Under the pieces are notes generated by a model. The model made no database searches and was not told the DNA's origin. It saw only the letters and a program-made list of their open reading frames with translations. Of a stretch of DNA of 64,000 nt, positions 28,070-45,642 are shown piece by piece. How positions within the stretch are numbered: position 1 is the first letter of the stretch; each line of letters begins with the position of its first letter. Origin of the DNA: the human T2T-CHM13v2.0 reference genome, Homo sapiens; NCBI RefSeq assembly GCF_009914755.1, contig NC_060930.1. The stretch is one strand, 5' to 3'. The position numbers and the translations under genes were made by a program.

Positions 28070-28330
28070 GAGTGAAATACTAGTAATGTTTATTCAAATC
28101 AGGAATAAGAAAAGGTGTCTATTCTAGCCTGTCGGTCATTATTGTTTTGGAAGTACTGGCTAATGTAATGAAACAGAAGAAAGCATCAAATAAACATAAG
28201 CATTAATAATAGGAGATATCATTTATAAGTTATATGACTATATGCCTAGAAAATCCAAAATAATAACTAAAATTAGTAAGAATTATTGTTAAGCTAACAG
28301 GAAAGTATGATATGTTTTAAAAGCATTCTA
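28070..28330 (+). mobile_element. Old L1M RT fragment
   Basis: aaatcaggaataagaaaagg (KSGIRKG), attgttttggaagtactggctaat (IVLEVLAN), ctagaaaatcca (LENP). Confidence 0.75.
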
Positions 28331-28993
28331 CTCTAACAATATAAGTAAAAATATGGACAAGTACAAAGAAATAGAAGAAGGTTAGAACAGCAGAGAAAGC
28401 TTTCTTGGAAAGCCCTGGAGAGTCTCACAATTCCAAAACTCAGGAACAGGAGTTAGAAATAGGACATAAAACCTAAACACAGGAAGATTAATTGAAAGAC
28501 TATACAACAGTGACTTTTCTTGCCCCTTACCCCAATTCTGGCAAGAGGAATCTCTGACAACCAGGCATTGAATGCCACTATCCCTCCATAAATGGATGGA
28601 TCTTTATAAATAAGAAGAATGCTTGGATGTTGGTTGCAAAACAAATACATCCTCATGTCAGTGGTCTCAAAGCTTAATCACCACTTCCCCATTTCATCTA
28701 AAGCTGCTAGTCCACAACCCTTGCCCATGTACAAGACAGACAAAGACTGAAGTCAACTTTACAAATGCTTGATCCGGGACAGGGGCAGGTAACTTGAGAA
28801 AGGGTGGAACTTGAAAGAGAAAGACAAGATAGCAACATAGAACATAGGATGAAGGAAAAAATAAAAGAAAAAGAAGTGTTGAGAGGAACAATAGCCTCTC
28901 ATCAGTACCCTCAAAGAAATTAAGATGATCTTAATTTACAAAACAAAAAAAAATAGGAAGAGAAAAAAATATGATGGGAAAACGAGAAAGATC

Positions 28994-31150
<2,157 letters not shown>

Positions 31151-31502
31151 AATTTTGACTCTTTGTGAGTCAATGGTGAAAAATGTTTTACGTGAACTCT
31201 GATCAATTCTATGGCCAAAGTCTTGAGTTTTGATTCCATCAGAATTCTGTGAAATATGGAGATTTGTATAGAAGGGGAGTCAATCCCTGGAAATTGCATA
31301 CGTTTCAAGTATTGGAAGACAGTCTCGGCATTCAGGAAGCTAGCTGGCCCTTTGTCAGAAACAGAGAAGACAGCCATTTATGCTAGAAGAGTGGCAGGAC
31401 CAACTAAACACATGTGCCTCTAATTTGTAAACTGAGTGTCTATAAATTAAGAATGTTTTAAATCTGTTTTAACAGGCATCTTCTCAAGTATCCTGGATCA
31501 CC

Positions 31503-31804
31503 TTTTTTGTTTGTTTTTTTAGGCAGGTACTCATTCCGTCACCCAGGCTGGAGTGCAGTGGTGCAATCATGGCTCAGTGCAGCCTGACCTCCTAGGCTCA
31601 AGCAGAACCTTCTACCTCAGCTTCCTGAGTAGCTGAGACCACAGGTGCATGCCAAACACACCCAGCTAATTTTTGTATTTCTTGTAAAGATGGAGTTTCC
31701 CTGTGTTGCCCAGGCTGGTCTTGAACTCCTGAGCTCAAGCAATCCCCAACCTTCTGCCTCAACCTCCCAAAGTGCTGAGATCACATGCATGAGCCAATGC
31801 ACCA
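31503..31804 (-). mobile_element. AluJ
   Basis: atcatggctcagtgcagcc and cctgagctcaagcaatcc; TSD gatcac. Confidence 0.93.
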
Positions 31805-31809
31805 TGATC

Positions 31810-32050
31810 ACTCTTCATAAAATCGCAATCTCCTTCATTCCCCACACCTTTTATTCAGCTTATATTTTGTTTATTTAATATCACCACCTGAGACAGGCTG
31901 CATTTTGTTTATTCATAGTTTGTGTTCCTCCACCTAGATTAGAATGTAAACAACAGGCTATCAGAGACTTTGCTTTCATTCATGGTTGAATGGCTGACAC
32001 CTAAAGTAGTACGTAGAACAAATTAGTTACTCAATAAATACCTGTTAATT
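31810..32050 (+). mobile_element. L2 3' end
   Basis: ttagaatgtaaac...actcaataaatacctgttaatt. Confidence 0.7.
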
Positions 32051-32854
32051 AAAGAACATAAAATTCCATTCTACATTAGACATTTTTATTGTTTAAGAGG
32101 TTGACATTTATTTATTTTAGGTTTTTCTCCAGCTTTATTGAGGTATAATTGACAAATCAAAATTGTGTCTATTTAAAATGTACAATGTGATTACTTGATA
32201 TATGTACACACTTTGGAACAATTACCACAATCAAGTTAATTAACACGTCCATCACCTCACATAGTTACCACTTTTTTGTGTGATGAAAACAACAAATATC
32301 TACTTTTTAAAGTAAATTTCAAGTATAAAATACAATTTTATTCATTATAGTCACCATGCTGTATTCTAAATCCCAGAACTTATTTATCTTATAACTAAAA
32401 GTTTGTATACTTTAACTAACATCTCTCTGTTTCCCCCAACCCCAGCCCCTGGCAACCATCATTCTACTCTCTGCTTCTGTGAGTTCCACTCTTTCAGAGT
32501 CCACATATAGTGAGATCATAACAATACTTGTCTTTCTGTGTTCAGTTTATTTCGCTTAGTATAATGTCCTCCAGGTTCATTCATGTTGTCACAAATGGCA
32601 GGGCTCCCCTCTCATTTATCATGGTTCAATAAGATTCCATTGTATACGTGTGTGTGTGTGGGGGGGGGGGTGGGTACCACATTTTCTTTATTCATCTGTC
32701 CACGGACACTTAGGCCATTTCTGTATCTTGGCTATTGAGCATAATGCTGCAATGAACATGGGGTGTAGATATCTCTTCAAGACACTGATTACATTTCTTC
32801 TGGATATATACCCACAAGTGGTATTGTTGGATCATATGGTACTTCTATTTTTAA

Positions 32855-33134
<280 letters not shown>

Positions 33135-35451
33135 ATACTGTTTTCAAAAGCTGCTGCACCATTTTACATTTCTACCAACAATGTACTAGGGTTCCCTTTT
33201 CTCCACACCCTCACTAACAATTGTTATCTCTTGCCTTTTTTATCATAACCATCCTGACATGTATGAGATGATACATACCTCACTGTGGTTTTGATTTGCA
33301 TTTTCCTAATGATTAGTGATATTGAGCACATTTTCATACATCTCTTGGGCGTTTGTATGTCTTCTTTGGAAAAAATGTCTATTTAGGTCCTTTGTCCATT
33401 ATTTAATGAGTTATGTGTGTTTTTTGCTATTGAGTTGTAAGTTCCTTACATATTTTGGATATCAACTCCTTATCAGATATATGGTTTATATATTTTGTCT
33501 CTCATTTAGTAGGTTTTCTTTTGATTTTGTTGTTTGTTTTCCTGTGCAGAAGCTTTTTAGTTTGATGTAGTACCACTTATTTAATTTTTGCTTTTGTTGC
33601 CTGTGCTTTTTGTGTCATATCCAAAAAATAATTACTAAGACCAATGTCAAGGAGCTTTTTTCTTATGTTTTATTCTAGGAGGTTTATGCTTTCTGGTCTT
33701 ACAGTCTTTTGCCCATTTCATTTTTGTGTATGGTGTAAGATAAGAGTCCAGTTAAATTATTTTTCCATGTGGATATCCAGTTTTCCCAATACTAATTGAA
33801 GGATTGTGCTTTCCCCATTGTGTATTCTTGGCATTCTTGTCAAAGATTAGTTGACTGTGTATGTGTGAGTTTATGTCTGAGCTCTCTACTATGTTCTACT
33901 GGTCTTTGTGCCTGTTTTCATATCAGTACCATACTGTTTACTATACTTCATAATGTAGTTTGAAACCAGGAAATGAAATGTCTTCAACTTTATTCTTTTT
34001 TCCTCAAAATTTATTGGGTTATTTAGGGCCTTTTGTGATTTCATACAAATTTTAGAACTATTTTTTTATTTCTATGAAAATGTTATTGAAATTTTTATAA
34101 GGATTGTATTAAATCTGTATATGTGGGTAGTATAGGCATTTAAACAATATTAATTCTTCCAATCCATAGACAATGGATAGCTTTTCATTTGTGTGTGTCT
34201 TCTTCAATTTCTTTCAGCAATGTCATAGTTTTCAGCACACAGGTCTTTCACCTCCTTTGTTAAATTTATTCCCAAGTATTTTATTGTTGTTGATGATATT
34301 GTAAATAGGATTCTTAAAGTTTTTTTCAATACTTAATTGTTAGTGTATAGAAACAACTAATTTTTGTATGTTGATTTTGTATCCTGAAACTTTACTCAAT
34401 TCATTTATTAGTTCTAAGAGGTTTTTGGTGGACTTTTTAAGGGTTTCTATATAAAAGATCATGTCATCTGAAAACAGAGACAATTTAACTTCTTTCTTTA
34501 TGATTTTAATGCCTTCTATTTCTTTTTTCTTGCCTATCACTCTGGCTACTACTACGCTGAATAGACATTGTAAGAGTCAACACCCTTGTCTTGCTCCCAA
34601 TCTTGGAGGAAAAGCTTTTAGCTTTCCACTATTGAGTGTAATGTCAGCTGTGGTCTTGTTATATGTGGTTTCATTATGTTGAGGTACATTCCTTCTATAC
34701 TGACTTTGTTGAGAGTTTTTATCAGGGAAAGATGTTGAATTTCATTGAATGCATTTTCTGCATCTATTGAGATGATCATATGAATTGTTATCCTTCATTC
34801 TGTTAATGTAGTGTATCACATGTACTGACTTCCTTGTTAAACCATCTTTACATCCAGGAATAAATCCCCCTTGATCATAGTGTATTATATTTTTAATGTG
34901 ATGTTGAATTTGGTATTTTGTTGAAGATGTTTGGATCTCTGTTTATCAAGGATTTTGGCCTATAATTTTCTTTCCCTGTGGTGTCCTTATCTGACTTGGG
35001 TATGAGAGTAATGCTGGCCCCATAAAATGAGTTTAGAAGTGTTCCCTTCTCTTCAGTTTTCTGAAAAAGTCTGAGAAGGATTGGTGTTAATTATTATTTA
35101 CATACTTGGTGGAATTTACCTGTAAAATTATCTGGTCCTAGGCTTTTCTTCACTGGGAGGTTTTTGATTACCAATTAAATCTCCATACTCATTATTGTTC
35201 AGATTATCTATGTCTTCATGATTCAGACTTGGTAGATTGTATGTTTCTAGGAAATTATTTATTTTTTCTAGGTTATCCAATTTGTTCACATATAATTTTT
35301 CATAGCAGTTTCTTATGATCCTTTGTACTTCTGTGTTATCCATTGTAATGTCTCCTCTTTCATTTCTTATTTTATTTATTTGAATCTTCTCTTTTTCTTA
35401 GTCTGTGTAAGGGTTTGTCAATTTTGTTTAGCTTTAAAAAAACTAACTTAA

Positions 35452-35769
<318 letters not shown>

Positions 35770-36225
35770 TTGCTGATCTTTTCTATCGTATTTGTAATTT
35801 GTATTTATTTATTTATTTATTTTTGCTCTAATCTTTATTATTTCCTTCCTTCTGCTAGCTTTGGGCTTAGCTTTTCCTAGTTACTTGAGGTGTAAAGCTA
35901 GTTGTCTATTTGAGATCTTTCTTTTTCCTTAATGTAGACATTTATTGTTTTAAACTTCCATCTTAGAACTGCTTTGGCTGCATCCCATAAGTTTTCTGTA
36001 TTGTGTTTCCATTTTTATTTGTCTCAAAATATATCTTTATTTTCCTTTTGACTTTTTCTATAACCCATTGATTGTTCAGGAATATGTTGTTTAATGTCTA
36101 CATATTTGTAAATTTTTCTATTCTCCCATTGATTTTTAGTTTCATATCATTGAGATCAGCAAAGATTCTTAATATGATTTCCATCTTCTCAAACTTTTTA
36201 AGACTTATTTGTGGTCTAACATATC

Positions 36226-36324
36226 TACATCCAGGAATAAATCCCCCTTGATCATAGTGTATTATATTTTTAATGTGATGTTGAATTTGGTATTTTGTTG
36301 AAGATGTTTGGATCTCTGTTTATC
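36226..36324. repeat. 99-bp exact dispersed copy of 34849-34947
   Basis: 99/99 identity by direct comparison. Confidence 0.97.
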
Positions 36325-37859
36325 TACTTCATAAATTATTACATAAAATTCCCAATTTTTGTTTCAATATTACTTTTTTTTTGCTTCTAAAGCCAGAAGA
36401 AGAAATGTAAAATGCAATTTGACATACTTTAACTGAACAGCCCTATGGCCTGGAAAAAAACCATAACTTCAAAATCTCATAGGACTTTACCGTCATGAGA
36501 TGTCTACCTTTCTAACCAAAACAATTCCATGTGTAGACATTTAAAAATTATGCCAAGACTCTACTTGAAACTATAAATCTCTTTTGAATGGGAGTTATTT
36601 AGTAAATTATGTCAAAGAGCAAAAAAATTAAGAACAAGAATTATCTGCATCTTTGTATGTAAGACTTTTATGTTCAACAGTATTTACTAAATTTATAAGA
36701 CCTTAGTTTTTGCTTCACGAACCAAACTAAGAAAACAAACAAAATAATTTTGATGAAAACATCTTGGACTGATGTTGTGGAAAAGGTAAAATCCAAAATA
36801 GCACAAATCTGCTCAGCTAACTAATGTAGCACGAGGCCTACTTACATAATTCTTGGGGAGGGCAATTCTTTTTGAAGTAATTTTCACCCCCAGACCACAG
36901 GATAAATTAAGAGTAGAAAGGCTGGGTCAGAACACATGCAAATTCGGGGTACACATTTGATTATGAACATGAGATTGGTTGACTTAAACAATTTTGGTTT
37001 AATATTTCACTAATTAGGTAGGGGACAGTTCTGATTGTGATGAGATTGTCCCACTCCATATCAGATTTCCTAGGAGACACATTAATTAAAGCAATTCTCC
37101 TTCCTCATGAACTAAAACTTTACGGAGACTAAGTGTACCTCCCCCACCCTCATCCTGTCACACACTCAACTCTGTGTCCCTCTCTTGAGAAAAAGAGTGA
37201 CAGCAAAAAAATAAAATCAAATAAATAAGAGGCAGAAATAGCATTGCAACCTTGGCAAGCTTGTCTGAATATTTTTAGAAAATTCCAAACAGCACAGATA
37301 CAATAAATCACCAATGGCTCAGAAAGACATGACGTGACAGATCTTGCTATAGCCACAGAGAAGGAAATACCATCAAACAAAAACTTTCTAAATGTAAATG
37401 TACAAAACTGCATGCAAATGCATGAGCCAAAGAATCATATGATAAACAGGTAGAAGAAGGATTAAAACTAGATATGTATCATCCCTTACATATCTCCTCG
37501 GGCCATCATTCAAAATAAGGTGCTCTAGCATATCTCTATGAAGAATAGTCACAAAAATTAAATAAATCCATATGATGATGGGACTGGGCATCTCATGTAG
37601 ATTATGGCACAGGACCCATGATGTGTCTGCTGTTATCAAACTCCCTACATCATGGGAAAGACCATAGAATCAGGGCACAGCAGGAAGAAACTATTCCATC
37701 TTCTCCATCACTTCCCTGCTTTTCTACCATGACCATCAACAGGCTCAAAAAAGTCCACTGACACACCTGAGATGTTGGAATGTGACACATGGAGAGGGTG
37801 CAGTGAGGTAGGAAGAGCACAGAAACTGGAATGACATCAGTGGACGCTTGCATGGCATT

Positions 37860-38008
37860 CCTGTGACTTCTTTCTGTAATTTCCTAAGCAGTTTCTGGCC
37901 ATACTTCCTCATCTTTAAAATGCAAATAATAATGTAGACTTTGCAGGTTGTTGAGCCAAGGAGACAATGAAAATTTCTCAAAACAGGGCTCACAATGGTA
38001 GCTATTTA
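37860..38008 (+). mobile_element. MIR fragment
   Basis: ttcctcatctttaaaatgcaaataataat...gcaggttgttgag. Confidence 0.65.
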
Positions 38009-38879
38009 CCACCAGTAGCCAAATCCAAAGAGCACCCTTCCCACAGTCCCCTGATCCACTCAGTCTGCTTGGCATGCACTAGGAATGAAGGAGTACAGAG
38101 AATAAACATAAAAAAGGAGGTCAAAACTCTATATATAGCTATTAAGCAATCTAAAATGAATATCTTTGTGTTCAGTTAGCAAATATTTATTGTCTATTAT
38201 ATGCCAAAAATAATCTCTATTTATCAGACTCCTAACCTTATCTAACAAGACTATCATAAAAGATAGGTGATGATTTGCTGGATTGGTCACAATTTGAATT
38301 AGTTAGAAGTATTTATTAACTGTATATATTAGATTGATGTCCATTTCGTTGCATATTTAGAGAGAGAGATAAAGGAGGAGGAGGGGGAAGAGAAAAAGAG
38401 AGAGAGAGAAAGAGAGAGAGGAGGTGACCTGTATGTTTAGGGATTTTGAAGCAAAGGCAGCCACAGTTATTAATCTCTAATATGTATCCCCGAGTCCCTA
38501 AGAACATATGTGATTATAAAAATGAACATGCAGAAGGCTGTGATAGTCATAAGGGAATGAAGAATGGTAAGGCTCAGATAAGGACCTCCAAAAAAATCCT
38601 TTCATTGGAAATTGCACTCAAAAGCAAAGAAATAAAGTGGTACTAAGGCCTCACCATCTAGTTTGCAGAATTGAGACTTGTAGAGATTTTACTGACCATC
38701 TCCATTATTTGTCTAGTAATTTTCTCTTAAACTTTATTATTCTGGCATGAATTTTGGATTGTTCCAATTCTAGAACTGTCAAGGAATAGCAGCACACTCA
38801 CAACAAACACCCTTCGAAGAAAACCCAGGAAGACCCATGCAATAGATTCCTGGGACTCAACTTAGAAGGCATGGTGGTA

Positions 38880-39005
38880 CTCTTCACTATTTGTCTGCAG
38901 TGATTTGTGGAATAAATCTCTCACTTTTCCTAACCCTACTTTCTTTTGTTATTAAAATAAAAGTAATTATTCTCATGCACTTGCCTCAGAGAAAGCCGTG
39001 AGCAC
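38880..39005 (+). mobile_element. MIR fragment
   Basis: Degraded MIR core ending cttgcctcagagaaagccgtgag. Confidence 0.45.
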
Positions 39006-39999
39006 ATACTTAGCAATTTTATAAGGAAGCTTTAATAGATCAGGAGGAATAAAGATGGGTGGATGGATGAGAGCACAGCATTGGCTGTTACTGCTGCCCC
39101 ATCCGCTAGAGACTAGAATATTAAACAGTCCAGTCACAGCCTGCTGCTAAACCTGTAGGCTCTGAGAAGAGAGACACATATCAACTCATTAATGTTCTGT
39201 AGTGAAACCAGAATAAGAATTCAGAGCCACCACACAAAGCTGACAAGAGAGAGGAGAACTGGTCTTACCAGCAATGTCGTTGGGGCTCCACTGGTTAGAG
39301 AAAAATGGAAATCAGAGTGGGCAGGTTTTCTTGGCAAGTCCCAAAATAAAAGGTAATAGGAAGCTCCTGTTCTCTAATTCTTTCTGAAACCATGAAGAAG
39401 CACGGTGCAAGGGAAAGCTTTGATAGAAGGCTTAAAGGGCTTCTTATTTCACCCAACCCATTTTCCTGGTCCTGCTGTCCACCAGGCTTGGCAAACCACA
39501 CATTTGTATGTGTACCTGGGTTGATCTGTCATGGGAAATGTATTTTGGCTCTTATTCAAATCACTTTGATGCCTAGAAAGAGATATTACTTGTTATAAAG
39601 CCATGCCAAGATTGTTTCCAGCCTAAACACTTCTTTTTCTAAACCCAGGAGCTCGTGTGTGTCTTTAGCTTAAAAGTGACAAAGATGAAAGAAATACAGG
39701 TCTGATCAAATCTAAAATTATATAGACATGATTTCTCAGACACGTTTTTTAAGGTTAAGTAAATCCAACTTTCCAAATGCCCTAGGCTGCGTTGATCTCC
39801 AAGTATCTCTGGGGAAAGTGTGATGTCTATTAATAAATTTTTCTGCTTCCTTAGCTCAGGGTTTAGGAGTACACAAACTTACCCCCTCTGGAAGCATGTT
39901 ACAAGATGGGACTTTCCTGGCTTCAACTTCTTCTGCAATGGGTAAGGAGTCTAGGAATGTGGGGATACTAACTATGATACTATGACATACCTGCCACAA

Positions 40000-40480
40000 A
40001 TAAGTTTCCTATAATAATGTAATTAGGAAGATTGTGACTGTTTAACTTAGAGAATTTTCTAAAATGGGATTTAAGAAAAGATAGATAAAGGAAAAATGAG
40101 TGCACAAAATAAATGTGGGCTTCCAAATGATTTTAGTGACTTTTTTGAGGGAAACTTGGTGACTACGTAAGGCCAAATTGAAAAGCCCAGTATGGATTTT
40201 TAGAACTGGTTAAGAGATAGAAACTAAGAAGCAGAAATCAATGGTCATTTCTCAGCTTCAGACAAAGTTAATAGTTACTGCCTTAAGAATCTGATTATAG
40301 TTAATCCTCTAGTGCTAATTTTCTTCAATATATTTATTAACAACCTGGAAGTGTAAAATGTGCTGATAAAAAATAATTACGCAGCCTGTCAAGGCTCAGA
40401 GAAATTGTGAGCAGGGAAGAAATAAGTCACAAAGATAGCCAAGGAAAGAAATTCAGCTTAGCTAAGGGAAAGTGATGCCC
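40000..40480 (+). mobile_element. CR1/L3 LINE RT remnant
   Basis: 40193-40350 reads WI/NWLRDR..EINGHFS...FFNIFINNLE, matching the CR1 RT motif WIxNWLxDRxQRVxING...LFNIFINDL. Confidence 0.7.
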
Positions 40481-40752
40481 CACTGGAAATCATTTTCAAT
40501 AATCTTCCCCAAATCCCTTAAAGTGAGTAAGAGATGTTAGGCAGATGCCATTGCATGTAGCAAAACACAGTCCCCCTTGATTTGAAGGACCAAGTTTAGT
40601 TTTAGCCAAGTTATTTTACACAAGACACAGCAGAATTCAGAATTAGCCTAAAAAAGATGACCCAGGTAAGAAGAACAACTACCAAAAAAGCTTGGATATG
40701 CTGTTCTGGAGAGAGTTGTTAACACGTAATAAGTTCAACAATCTATACATGG

Positions 40753-41114
40753 TGATATGGTTTAGCTCTGTGTCCCCACCCCAATCTCATCTTGAATTGT
40801 AGTAATCCCCATGTGTTGTAGAAGGGACCTGGAGGGAGGTGACCAAATCATGGGGGTGGATGTTTCCCATGCTGTTCTCATGATAGTGAATATGTCTCAT
40901 GAGATCTGATGGTTTTATAAAGAGGAGTTTCCCTGCACATGCTCTCTGTTGCCTGCCACCATGTAAGACATGAATTTGCTCCTCATTCACCTTCTGCCAT
41001 GGTTGCAAGGCCTCTTCAGCCATGTGGAACTGTGAGTCCTTTAAACTTCTTTCCTTTATAAGTTACCCAATCTCAGGTATGTCTTTATTAGCAGTGTGAG
41101 AACAGACTAATACA
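40753..41114 (+). mobile_element. THE1 solo LTR (THE1C-like)
   Basis: tgatatggtttagctctgtgtcccc...gactaataca; flanking atgg duplication. Confidence 0.94.
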
Positions 41115-42349
41115 ATGGACTCCAAAGAACTGGAGTGAATAATTATTATAGAGATAATTGCTGCACCTTAGCTATACCTTGAATGACTTACCATGAGTAT
41201 GGCTATTATGAAATACTATCTCTGTAAACTCTAACCCTAAAAATAGGGCAATGATGTCAAAGTTAACAACTGGTAGAAGACTCATCGATGAATAACTAGT
41301 CTTGAACAGAAGGGGGAAAGAGTTGAAAGCTAGCCAGTGCGGCCTTTCCCCTGTATTCTCATCTTATTCTTACCCTGCTTAGGCACTTGTGGGGCTTCAC
41401 AGGACCTCTCAGAAAGGACCATGTTCAGGAACACTGTTTTCCTACCAGCCAAATATTTTTTAATTAATTTAAGATTGAGTGTCTGACCCTCTGACTTTCC
41501 AATAACAGGGCTGAGCTGTGTTTTGCTTGTTTGTTTGTTTTTAGAAAATAGAAAAACAGAGAAACTACACATGTATAAGGAGACCTACTCACTTCACAGG
41601 ACATCTGTAGTAAAAAGACCATCGGAATAAAATTACTTAAACTAGTGAATTTTTTTCAAATTCAGGTACAGAAATTAGGGTGAAACAATTGGCTGCTTGT
41701 GAAAATACACACAGCATTTTCCTGTAAGTTAGACCCAAAGACAACATATATTACTGATGGAAATATCAAAATAACACCTAAAGAAGTACACTAACCAGAA
41801 CGATACCTTTTGATTTTTCAAATATTCCACATTCTCCATAATAATGTATTTCTTTGTTTTTATTTCAAAAAAACTTTATACTAGGGAAAACTATTTTAAA
41901 CTAAAATGATTTACTTTCTAAAAGCATTTGATTAAGTCTACAAACACTTAACGTGAATAGAATTTTAATTATAAAAACTAGCCAGCAATTTCCTATGATA
42001 TTAAAAAATATGCTCCTCGGCATTTGCTTTCAAGTCACACCACACAAAGCCAATCTCTTGCTAATGCTTTAATGCACCTTCCACTTGTTCTATTACCAGC
42101 CACTGAAACCACTGGGATGTGTGGGAGGAACTGGGGAGGAACTTCACATGCACAAACTTTTGGAAAATTAGACTCAAAAGTTGACTCATGAACAAGTATT
42201 TACTGAATAACATTTGTCTGGTACTTTACCAGCCAATGGCTAAGGATGAGAAATACCTAACTCTAGACACAGCAAAGGGATCATGTGGAGAAGTGGTTGG
42301 TGATCTGAAATGAAAAAGAAGGTGGAGTAGTTACCAGAAATAGCAGCAT

Positions 42350-42490
42350 AATCATAACCACAGCAGGAATTGAGTTATTATAGGTGCAAAAATGGAGGCT
42401 CAGAGGTGCCAAGTAATTTGTCCAAGGTTGGCGGGAGGGTCACACACAAAAATGTGACAGATTCAGGATTCAAAACACCCAAAATTAGTG
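42350..42490 (-). mobile_element. MIR fragment
   Basis: gaggctcagaggtgccaagtaatttgtccaagg. Confidence 0.6.
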
Positions 42491-42897
42491 TTTATACATA
42501 ACTAGTTAGAATTTTCCATGCCATGTGAGACTGAAGCATCCTTTATGAGAATCCTGCTTCAAGACATGAAGACAGTGCCTAGCTATTTCTTGGGCTGCAA
42601 AGAAAGGATTGGATGGTTGAACAACTATCTATCGCTTAATGACCATCCACTATGAGTGTAGCACTATATATATATTATTTTATTTTATTATTATTATACT
42701 TTAAGTTTTAGGGTACATGTGCACAATGTGCAGGTTAGTTACATATGAATACATGTGCCATGCTGGTGTGCTGCACCCATTAACTCGTCATTTAGCATTA
42801 GGTATATCTCCTAAAGCTATCCCTCCCCCCTCCCCCCACCCCACAACAGTCCCCAGAGTGTGATGTTCCCCTTCCTGTGTCCATGTGTTCTCATTGT

Positions 42898-44967
<2,070 letters not shown>

Positions 44968-45134
44968 CTAACTCATTTTATGAGGCCAGCATCATCCTGA
45001 TACCAAAGCCGGGCAGAGACACAACCAAAATAGAGAATTTTAGACCAATATCCTTGATGAACATTGATGCAAAAATCCTCAATAAAATACTGGCAAACTG
45101 AATCCAGCAGCACATCAAAAAGCTTATCCACCAT

Positions 45135-45174
45135 GATCAAGTGGGCTTCATCCCGATCAAGTGGGCTTCATCCC
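45135..45174. repeat. 20-bp perfect tandem duplication within L1
   Basis: gatcaagtgggcttcatccc x2. Confidence 0.96.
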
Positions 45175-45504
45175 TGGGATGCAAGGCTGGTTCAATATAC
45201 GCAAATCAATAAATGTAATCCAGCATATAAACAGAACCAAAGAAAAAAAACCACATGAGTGTAGCACTATATTAAGTCCTGGGCAGAACCAGAGCAAATC
45301 CAAGAGAAGAGAATTGATCATCAAGTACACTGCATACTTAAGAGTTTTCATTACTAAATATTGGTTGAATTAATGCAGACAAATACATGAATGCCCTGAT
45401 AAATATTGTGACCCTTAGACCCTAAGTTTTCTAGAATATGTCTATATGGTGGAATCATTATTGCCATTTTTGAAGAAGCAGTTTCCAAAGTACTTCCTGG
45501 AGGA

Positions 45505-45581
45505 TCTCTCTCTCTCCCTTTTCTCTCTCTCTCTCTCTCTCCCTTTTCTCTCTCTCTCTCTCTCTCTTTCTCTTTCACACA

Positions 45582-45630
<49 letters not shown>

Positions 45631-45642
45631 CAGCAGCAGCAG
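45505..45642. repeat. Compound (TC)n(CA)n(CAG)n microsatellite
   Basis: Seen directly. Confidence 0.97.
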
